The translations under genes and the position numbers were made by a program. The notes beneath the pieces are model-generated. The model had not been told where the DNA came from. It saw only the letters and a list, made by a program, of their open reading frames with translations, and searched no databases. From the NCBI GenBank assembly GCA_031364845.1, contig JANLWX010000231.1:23531-87530 (forward strand): a stretch of 64,000 nucleotides of DNA. Direction: 5' to 3'. Below are positions 38,221 to 45,898 of this stretch, one piece after another. The stretch comes from Candidatus Eiseniibacteriota bacterium. Its GTDB lineage: Bacteria; Eisenbacteria; RBG-16-71-46. Positions within the stretch are counted from its first letter, which is position 1. Every line of letters begins with the position of its first letter.

Positions 38221-39203
38221 TCAGCTGCCGAGCCATTTCCGGGCGGCGAGCGACAGTCGCTCGCGACCGAGCAGATAGAGCCATGCCGCGCTCGCGGCCA
38301 CCAGCCCCGATACACGGATGACGGCGTTCGCGAAGCGTGCCGCCTGATCGGCGTCGGCGGACGACATCATGACTTTCAACGCGGCCACCAGCGACAGTAC
38401 TTCGATTCCGAACAGCAGCGGGATGCCGATCGCCGCCGCGCTCAGGCGCCGCGCGCGCGTTGCCCACGCGCTCGCGAGACACAGTGCGACGAACACGCCG
38501 ATGTCGAACGGATAGAACAGCTCGAGGTCGACGATCTCGATCTCGCTTCCACGCGGTGCCGCGATGCGTGCGCCGACCGCGGCCACGGCGTGTTCCCACG
38601 ACGGATGCAGGTGCCACGCCACGAAGAACGCGAGCGTGGCCCACGCCATGAAGCGCAACAGGAACTTCACGCCGCCGCCGGCTTGCGAGTGGAAGCGGCA
38701 GGTCCGATCCAGCGCAGCCACAATGCAAACGTGGCGAACAACACCAGCACGGTTCCCGTCTGCCACAGATACACGTGCGCAAAGTCGAACCATGCAGGGC
38801 GCCAGATCAGGATCTGGATCAATGCAATGATCCGCACGGTGTTGAATAGATGGATGACGATTGCGCCGAACAGGAGGCCGAGCGCTCGCTGGCGCCATCC
38901 CGATGGGAACGCGAGCACCACCGCCGCGAAGATCAGGTAGGGAATGTGCGGGCTGCAGTCGCTCACGATGCTGACCCCCTGCCCGCCCGCGTAGATCGAA
39001 TCGCCGACGCGCCGGACTTCCTGCCGCGTCAGCCGGAATGCCTGCTCGACCGTCCCCACCGTGATCGCGATGCCGAATCGCTCGACGCCGGGAAAACGGC
39101 TGAGCACGAGCAGCGCCACTCCCCAGTAAGCCACACACAGGGCGAGGAAGCGCAGCACCGGACTCTTGGAGTTCGTGGGAAGCGGCTTGGGCTTGCGGCT
39201 CAT
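38221..39203 (-). pseudogene. polytopic membrane protein, possibly exosortase (EpsH) family, split by a frameshift in a GGC repeat
   Basis: Two overlapping minus-strand ORFs, 38667..39203 (178 aa) and 38221..39252, cover this region. Only the 3' ~150 aa of the second looks coding. The hydrophobic pattern continues across the junction (...LVLFATFALWLRW in the first frame, then VKFLLRFMAWATLAFFVAWHL... in the second). The shift lies within CAAGCCGGCGGCGGCGUGA near 38667-38700. Multi-TM profile and a DCSP/NTVR region give weak support for the exosortase call. Confidence 0.35.
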
Positions 39204-39380
39204 GATCGATGGTAGGGTGAAGGGTGTGTTGCGAGGCTGTCGCGAACTGCACGCGTCGCCATGGATGTCACGATGTGTCGCGAGGCCGCCGGCGGCCGAG
39301 CGTCATTCGGCGCGAGGTTACGCCCGCCAGCCACGCGCGCCAAACTCGAAGCGCGCGAATTCCATGATCCGGGAGCTGTG

Positions 39381-40979
39381 ATGCCGCCACGACCCGCCTC
39401 TCCATCGACGCGCACCGTCACGTTGTTGATCGCCGCCGGCTTTGCGATCCGGCTGTGGGTCGCGATGCGCGCCGGAATCATCGAACACGACGGCGCCTAC
39501 TACGCCGGACTGGCCGCGGCGCTACTGCGTGGGGATACCGCACACGCGTGGAGCACGGTGTGGCCTCCGCTCTATCCGGTTCTGGTCGCGATCGCTGCAT
39601 GGCCGTTCGCCTCCGCGCAGTCGCTGACTCCCGAGCGTCTCGAGATTGCGGCACGGCTGGTCTCGGTCGTCGCGGGAACCATTGCACTCGCGCTGCTGCA
39701 TCGCTGGGCGCATCGCAAGGCCGGTGAGCGCGCCGCACTCGTGACGCTCGGCGTCGCCGCGTTCCACCCGCGGCTCGTTCAATACTCGGCGAGCGCGTTG
39801 ACCGAGATGACGTTCATCGCGCTGCTGCTCGCCGGCCTCACACTCATCGCGTCGGGTGACGATGAGGAGGGTCAACGTCCGCCGGGTGCCGGCACCGATC
39901 TCGCCGCGGGTGCCGCGTTCGGTCTCGCTTCGCTCGCCCGTCCCGAAGGCATCGTGCTCGCCGCGGCGGTGGCGATGGCACTCGCGCTGCGCGGAGTGCG
40001 CGCCGCGCGGCCGCGGCTGAGGCTCGCGTTTCTGCTCGGCGTCATGGTGACCGTGTTGCCGTGGGCCGCATATCTCAACGCTCAACTGGGCCACGTGTCA
40101 CTCGGCGAGAAGGGAGCGTACAATTTCTGGCGCGAGTTCAAGCTGGAGTATCGCGCGCACTTTGGTGATCCGCCGGGTCTCTCCGAGCGCGTGTTCGAGA
40201 GCCCGGAACTCGCCGCCTCGATCCCCCCCGCGCCAGTGAACGTCGGGGGATTCGTGCGTGCGGAGCCGGGGCTCGTGATGTCGCGATCGATCGGGCGGCT
40301 GTGGCGCATCGTCTCGCAATCAATGCCGCAGGCGTGTTATCCGGTGTGGTTCGCGTTCGCGATCCTCGGCATTCCGCTGCTGACCCGGCGCGAGTGGTGG
40401 CCGGCCGCGGCGATGCTGGCGGCACTTCCGCTCCTCTACGCTCCGTTCTCGTCGGACCGGCGTTTCATGGTGCCGGCCGTCCCGCTGCTGCTCGCCCTCC
40501 TACCCGCCGGGATCGAACGCGTGGCCGCGTGGTTCGCACCCGTGGCCCGCCGCGGGCTGGTTGCGGGAGCGCTCGCATTGGCCCTCGCGTTCGCGGGACT
40601 CGTCTACACGATGGTCCATCCGCTCATGGACGAAGCCCCCGAACATCGCGAAGCCGGTCGATGGCTGCGGGCCGCCTGGCCCGGGCTCGCGACCGAGGCC
40701 ACCGCGCGGCCGGTCGTCATGTCGCGCAAGACGTGGGTCGCCTTCTACGCCGGCGGGATCATCGCGGAGCTGCCGGAAGGCGGCATCGATTCGGTGCTGA
40801 GCCGCGCGCGCCGCAAGCGCGCCGACGTGCTGGTGGTCGACGAACGCTGGGCGGCGCCGAATCGTCCGGAACTCGCACCGCTGCTCGATCCCGCGCGCGC
40901 GCCCGCATCGTTGCGCGTGTTGCACATCATCACGTCTCCGCGGCGGCTGGTGCTCTACGACCTGCGCGGGGCGCGCTGA
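39381..40979 (+). CDS. GT-C fold glycosyltransferase (ArnT/PMT-like, GT39/GT83 family)
   Basis: Track ORF 39261..40979. I chose the ATG at 39381 (MPPRPASPSTRTVTLLIAAGFAIRLWVAMRAG...). It has ~11 predicted TM segments and an early loop with HDGAYYAGLAA typical of the PMT_2/ArnT family. Confidence 0.6.
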   Translation: MPPRPASPSTRTVTLLIAAGFAIRLWVAMRAGIIEHDGAYYAGLAAALLRGDTAHAWSTVWPPLYPVLVAIAAWPFASAQSLTPERLEIAARLVSVVAGTIALALLHRWAHRKAGERAALVTLGVAAFHPRLVQYSASALTEMTFIALLLAGLTLIASGDDEEGQRPPGAGTDLAAGAAFGLASLARPEGIVLAAAVAMALALRGVRAARPRLRLAFLLGVMVTVLPWAAYLNAQLGHVSLGEKGAYNFWREFKLEYRAHFGDPPGLSERVFESPELAASIPPAPVNVGGFVRAEPGLVMSRSIGRLWRIVSQSMPQACYPVWFAFAILGIPLLTRREWWPAAAMLAALPLLYAPFSSDRRFMVPAVPLLLALLPAGIERVAAWFAPVARRGLVAGALALALAFAGLVYTMVHPLMDEAPEHREAGRWLRAAWPGLATEATARPVVMSRKTWVAFYAGGIIAELPEGGIDSVLSRARRKRADVLVVDERWAAPNRPELAPLLDPARAPASLRVLHIITSPRRLVLYDLRGAR

Positions 40980-40991
40980 TCTCCACCCCGG

Positions 40992-41798
40992 CTACTCGAT
41001 CCGGATGTGCTTGCGGTCGATCACCGCTTTCGGAATCCGGGGCGCCATCTTCTCCAACGCATCGACGACGATCTGCGAAACGGCGGCGTTGCGATACCAG
41101 TTGCGGTTCGCCGGAATCACGAACCACGGTGCCGCCTCGGTGCTGCAACGGCGCAAAGCCTGCTCGTAGGCCGCCTGGTAGTCGTCCCACCGGGCGCGCT
41201 CCTCGAGATCGCGGGGCGAGTACTTCCAGCCCTTGCGCGGATCCTCGATGCGCTCGATGAAGCGCTGCTTCTGTTCGTCTTTGCTGATGTGGAGGAAGAA
41301 CTTGAGAATCGTGGTGCCGTTGTCGGACAGGTGGCGCTCGAAGGCATTGATCTGGTCGTAACGCGCGGACCACACGTTCTCCGGAACGAGCTGGTGTACG
41401 CGGACCACGAGCACATCTTCATAGTGCGAACGGTTGAAGATGCCGACTTCGCCCTTGCCGGGGACCGCCTTCCAGATGCGCCACAGGAAGTCATGGTCCG
41501 CCTCCTCGCTCGAAGGCACCTTGAACGAAGTCACGCGGCATCCTTGCGGATTGAACGCCGCGGCGAGGCTGCGGATGGTTCCGTCCTTGCCCCCGGCGTC
41601 CATCGCCTGGAGGACGATGAGCAGCGACCGACGATGCTCGGCGTACAGATTGAACTGGAGCTCGTCGATGCGCTCGAGATTCTTTGCGAGCACTTCGGCG
41701 CCTTCCGCCTTGTTGCGAATGCCGGGGGTCGAGTCGGGATCTCTCGATGCGAGCTTGAACTTTCCGAGTGAGACCGAAAGCTTGCGGGTGAGGTTCAT
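40992..41798 (-). CDS. ppk2: polyphosphate kinase 2 (polyphosphate:nucleotide phosphotransferase)
   Basis: Track ORF 268 aa with PPK2 Walker A (LQAMDAGGKDGTIR), Walker B/lid (RSHYEDVLVVRVH) and WYRNAAVSQIVVDAL. Confidence 0.85.
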   Translation of the reverse strand: MNLTRKLSVSLGKFKLASRDPDSTPGIRNKAEGAEVLAKNLERIDELQFNLYAEHRRSLLIVLQAMDAGGKDGTIRSLAAAFNPQGCRVTSFKVPSSEEADHDFLWRIWKAVPGKGEVGIFNRSHYEDVLVVRVHQLVPENVWSARYDQINAFERHLSDNGTTILKFFLHISKDEQKQRFIERIEDPRKGWKYSPRDLEERARWDDYQAAYEQALRRCSTEAAPWFVIPANRNWYRNAAVSQIVVDALEKMAPRIPKAVIDRKHIRIE

Positions 41799-42038
41799 GG
41801 ATCCTCGGTTGGTAGAAGTGACGCGTCGCGATCGCCGGGATGACCTCAGGGCGAATCACCTTCGGGGCCGGTCCGTGGCGGATGAGCAGCAGCGATGCAA
41901 CCTTTCAGCGGGCTGACAGTATCCTATGAGCATTGCAGGGCTCGAACCCCCGCCGCTGCAGACCGGGATGCGGCGGGGTTCCATCTTATGATCCATGCCG
42001 CAAGGCCGCCGCCCATCGAAACCACCTGAGGTCACGCC

Positions 42039-43187
42039 GTGAAAACTATGGCCAGCAGCAAGTTGCTCGTCGTTCGCGCGGCCACAGCCCCGCGTCCGGC
42101 GCTCCCGGGTGCCGTGCTCACTCTGCTCGTCTTGGGACTGTTCATCGCGGCCGCACTGGTCATCTCTCCGCCGATCGCACTCAGCGCCGAACAGTACACG
42201 GTGCGCGGCTCGGACATCTCGATCTACAACCTCGCCGGCCAGGTCTCGGTGGTTCCCTCCCGCGGTTCCGAGGTTGTGGTCGAGTTGACGCGCGGCGGCC
42301 CCGACGCCGAGCGGCTGGTGGTCGAGAGCGGCTCCAAAGGCGATCGCCAGACGCTGCGCGTCATCTATCCCGGCAACCGCATCGTCTATCGCAAGCTCGG
42401 CGCGGGTTCGAGCACCCACCTTCGTGTGCGCCGCGACGGCACCTTCGGGGACGGCGGCGCCGAGTTGATGGCGATGGGCGGCCGCGTGACGATCGCCGGG
42501 AACGGCCGCGGCACCGAAGCGTTCGCCGATCTGCGCATCCTCGTGCCCAACCGCAAGAACGTTCACGTGTTCCTCGGCGCCGGCGGCGCCACGGCCAGTG
42601 ATGTGAAAGCCGACCTGCGACTCGACACCTCGGCGGGTGCGGTCGAGTGCCACGGCACGCGCGGCTCACTCGATGTCGACACCGGTTCGGGCTCGGTCGA
42701 AGTACGGGCCGCGCAGGGCAGCGTCACCATCGACACCGGCTCCGGCAACGTGCTGGCGGAAGACCTGAGCGGTGGCACGATCAAGATCGACACGGGCTCG
42801 GGCTCGGTGGCGGTGAACGGAGCGCAGACCTCCTCGCTCGAGATCGACACCGGATCGGGCAGCGTGATGGTATCCCATCTCGACTCGCCCGGCGTGATGA
42901 TCGACACCGGCAGCGGACGTGTGAGCGTTCAGCTCGTGCGCGATCCCGACACGATCAAGATCGACACCGGATCAGGTGACGTCATGGTGCGCGTGCCTTC
43001 GAGTTGCGGAGCCGAATTCGAATTCCAGACCGGAAGCGGTGGAATCGACATCGATCTGCCCCACTCGCTCACGCGGCGTGAGCACGGCTACATGCGCGGC
43101 CGGATCGGTGACGGCGGCGGAACGATCAACGTCGACACCGGCTCCGGCAGCATCCACGTGTTGAGCTCGGGGCGCAGCGGCACATAA
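42039..43187 (+). CDS. DUF4097/DUF4098 beta-helix repeat protein (LiaG/YvlB-like putative adhesin)
   Basis: Track ORF 382 aa with an N-terminal TM/signal segment followed by ~9 repeats of the I(D/E)TGSGSV motif every ~20 aa. Confidence 0.6.
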   Translation: MKTMASSKLLVVRAATAPRPALPGAVLTLLVLGLFIAAALVISPPIALSAEQYTVRGSDISIYNLAGQVSVVPSRGSEVVVELTRGGPDAERLVVESGSKGDRQTLRVIYPGNRIVYRKLGAGSSTHLRVRRDGTFGDGGAELMAMGGRVTIAGNGRGTEAFADLRILVPNRKNVHVFLGAGGATASDVKADLRLDTSAGAVECHGTRGSLDVDTGSGSVEVRAAQGSVTIDTGSGNVLAEDLSGGTIKIDTGSGSVAVNGAQTSSLEIDTGSGSVMVSHLDSPGVMIDTGSGRVSVQLVRDPDTIKIDTGSGDVMVRVPSSCGAEFEFQTGSGGIDIDLPHSLTRREHGYMRGRIGDGGGTINVDTGSGSIHVLSSGRSGT

Positions 43188-43221
43188 CTCCGGGCGGCGC
43201 GGTCGGGTAATATCGCGCCGC

Positions 43222-45315
43222 ATGAAACCTTCACGACCCTCACGCCGCCGTGCCGTGGCTCCCGTTTCCGGGGGCCACGTTCGGTTGCCCGCCGACTCCC
43301 GGACCCCGGCGCTGCCGCTCTCCCACCCTGCGATGCTCGCCGCGGCGATCGCGTGCATCGCGAGCATCGTGCTCTCGGTGTCCTACCAGATCTACGACAC
43401 CGACCTGTGGCAGCTGCTCGTCGTCGGCAAGGCGATCTGGGCGCGCCACGCCGTGCCCGGCACCGATGAGTGGACGTGGGTCGGATTCGGCGATCCCCAG
43501 GTCACCTCGTCATGGGCCTTTCGCGCGCTGATCTGGCCGCTGTGGTCCGCGCTGGGGATCACGGGCCTGTTCCTCTACAAATGGTCGGCCACGCTCGCCG
43601 CATTCGGATTGATGTGGCTCGCTTCGCGGCGCATGGGTGCCCGGGGTTTCGTGCCGTTCGTCGTGATCGCGTGGAGCGTGCTCCTGTTCCGCCAGCGCGC
43701 CGAAGTCCGCCCGGAAACGCTGAGCGCCGTGCTGCTCGCGCTCGAGATCCTGATCCTCGAGTCGTGGCGCAACGGAGGACGCGACCGGCGGCCATGGCTG
43801 ATCGCGATCGCGCTCGTGTGGGCCGACGTCCACATCTCCTGGTGGCTCGGCCTCGCACTGATCGGAATCTATGCGCTCGACGATCTGATCGCCGGATCGA
43901 AGCGGCACGCTTCCGATCCGGGCGCCGGTGCCCTTTCAACGACGAGGCTGACGCGCCTTCGCACCTTCGCGCTCTTGGGCGCCGCATGCGCGCTGGTGTC
44001 GCTCGTGAATCCGTTCGGAGCGCGCGCATTGATCCAGCCGTTCGAATTCGCGCTGCGCTGGCGGAACGAACCGATGTTCCGCAACGTGGTCGAGCTGTTC
44101 CCGGTCAACTGGCGCGCGCATCTCACCGACGGACTGCCGTTGATGGTCGGCCTGTGGCCGCTGCTGCTCATCCTGCGCTGGCGCCGTCGCGGGCCGGATG
44201 TCGCGGGCATCCTCATGTGCGTGGCGTTCACGACGCTCGGCATCCGCTCGCAGCGCTTCCTCGGATTCTACGCGCTGGTCGCGGCACCGTTCGTTGCTCG
44301 CGATCTTCAGGCAGTGGTCGAATCGTTGCGGTGGCCTGCGGTGTTGCGCGCGTCGTGGGTGCGCAGCGCGCTCGCATGCACCGCATGCCTGGCGCTGGGG
44401 GTGGCCGAGTGGTCGCGCCCGGAGTTGCCGTTGCGCGTGGCGTTCGACCGCACGCTGTTTCCCGCGGCGGCGGCCGACTTCATGGAACAGAACGGCGTGA
44501 GCGGGCGCATGTTCAACCACTTCCACCTCGGCGGCTATCTCGCCTATCGCGCGTGGCCTGCGCGCGACCGCCTGCCGTTCGTGACGACCCAGCCCGAGAA
44601 CATCCGTCCCGAGATTCGCGCGCGCTACCCGCGCGTGTTCGTAGACCGTGCGGCGTGGGATGCGCTCGACGCCGACTATCACTTCGACATCGCGGTGCTC
44701 GATCGCGATCAGGATCCCGGCGACCGGCTGCTCGACTATCTCGACGCGGACACGACGTGGGCGCTGGTGTTCTCGGACGATGCGGCTCAGTTGCTGGTGC
44801 GCCGCCGCGGCGCTCTGGCGACGGTCGCCGAACGATTCGGGTATCGCATCCTGCCGGCCGGAATTCAGCGGCGCATGCAGATCGTGCCGGCCGCGGCCCA
44901 GGACACGGCGTTCCGCGCCGCGGCCAAGTCCGAGCTGGAGCGCATGGCGCGCAGCTCGCCTGAGAACGGCAGCGTCCATCACATGCTCGGAATCTTTGCG
45001 ATGATGGACGGACGCAACGACGAGGCGCGCGAACATCTGATGCATGCGCTCCGGAACAAGCCGTTCCTTCCCAAGGTCCACGAGCTGCTCGGGATCGTGG
45101 CGCTCGGGCAGGGTGATACGCGCGCGGCGCTGCGGGAGTTCGAGCGCGAGCGCGCGTTGCACGGCGCGCCGGCCGGGATCGACACGCGGATCGGTTCGGC
45201 GCACGAGGCGTTGGGCGATGTGCGCGCGGCGCGGCGCGCGTATCAGCGCGAACTGCGTGAGCATCCCGACAACGCGGAGGCGGCGGCGGCGCTCGGGCGG
45301 CTGGGTCCCGGATAG
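43222..45315 (+). CDS. polytopic membrane protein with C-terminal TPR repeats (TMTC-like GT-C glycosyltransferase candidate)
   Basis: Track ORF 697 aa. The ~450-aa multi-TM N-domain is followed by TPR-like helical repeats (GSVHHMLGIFAMMDGRNDEAREHLMHALRNKP...GDTRAALREFERERALHGAPAG...GDVRAARRAYQREL). The architecture resembles TMTC-type O-mannosyltransferases. Confidence 0.45.
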   Translation: MKPSRPSRRRAVAPVSGGHVRLPADSRTPALPLSHPAMLAAAIACIASIVLSVSYQIYDTDLWQLLVVGKAIWARHAVPGTDEWTWVGFGDPQVTSSWAFRALIWPLWSALGITGLFLYKWSATLAAFGLMWLASRRMGARGFVPFVVIAWSVLLFRQRAEVRPETLSAVLLALEILILESWRNGGRDRRPWLIAIALVWADVHISWWLGLALIGIYALDDLIAGSKRHASDPGAGALSTTRLTRLRTFALLGAACALVSLVNPFGARALIQPFEFALRWRNEPMFRNVVELFPVNWRAHLTDGLPLMVGLWPLLLILRWRRRGPDVAGILMCVAFTTLGIRSQRFLGFYALVAAPFVARDLQAVVESLRWPAVLRASWVRSALACTACLALGVAEWSRPELPLRVAFDRTLFPAAAADFMEQNGVSGRMFNHFHLGGYLAYRAWPARDRLPFVTTQPENIRPEIRARYPRVFVDRAAWDALDADYHFDIAVLDRDQDPGDRLLDYLDADTTWALVFSDDAAQLLVRRRGALATVAERFGYRILPAGIQRRMQIVPAAAQDTAFRAAAKSELERMARSSPENGSVHHMLGIFAMMDGRNDEAREHLMHALRNKPFLPKVHELLGIVALGQGDTRAALREFERERALHGAPAGIDTRIGSAHEALGDVRAARRAYQRELREHPDNAEAAAALGRLGPG

Positions 45316-45396
45316 CACTTCGGTCACATGACGACGCGCGCCCGAAGTGGACCTACGATCACGCGGTCGACAGCCACGTCACCGTGACGGCGGACC

Positions 45397-45855
45397 TCAG
45401 AAGTCGAACGCGATTCCCGTTCCGCGGAAGCGATTGCGCACCATCGTCATCGGTCCGAGATAGAGGCACTGCTCGTCGCCCCACAACTGAAGTCCGAGCG
45501 GGCGGAAGTCGATCAGTGGAATGGACGCAACGTCTTCGGCGGTGGCGCGGCATTTGAGAACGGTCGTATCGCCGACGCTCACGATCACTTCGCGAGTGGT
45601 GTCGAGCACGGCGACTTGAACGCCCGGGATCCGCGGCACGTTAGCCTCGACGATGAACCGCGCTTGCTGGCCGAGACCGGAAGGGTCACCGCCGGCCCCA
45701 GCGGGCGCGGCAATCCACAACCCCGGAACTTCGCCTCGTTCCACGATCAGCACCGGCTCACCGGATCGAGTGAGCGGCAGCGCCGCTCCCTCGATCACGT
45801 TCGAGCACACGTCGAGCGTTCCGTAGGGCATTCCTGCGCGGCGCATCGTCGTCAT
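45397..45855 (-). CDS. hypothetical protein
   Basis: Track ORF 152 aa with mixed composition. I recognise no family. Confidence 0.35.
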   Translation of the reverse strand: MTTMRRAGMPYGTLDVCSNVIEGAALPLTRSGEPVLIVERGEVPGLWIAAPAGAGGDPSGLGQQARFIVEANVPRIPGVQVAVLDTTREVIVSVGDTTVLKCRATAEDVASIPLIDFRPLGLQLWGDEQCLYLGPMTMVRNRFRGTGIAFDF

Positions 45856-45898
45856 GCGGACCGTTCGCGATGCGATGCCGCAGGTGGTTCGCGTCTCA

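Noticed and set aside
41925-41995. tRNA-like fragment (GGGCTCGAACCCCCGCC...) upstream of the DUF4097 gene
   Set aside because: Only a T-arm-like GGTTCGAGCCC segment is present. No consistent acceptor, D or anticodon stems can be drawn. It is more likely chance or a decayed remnant. A CCGCCGC/GCGGCGG hairpin overlaps it.
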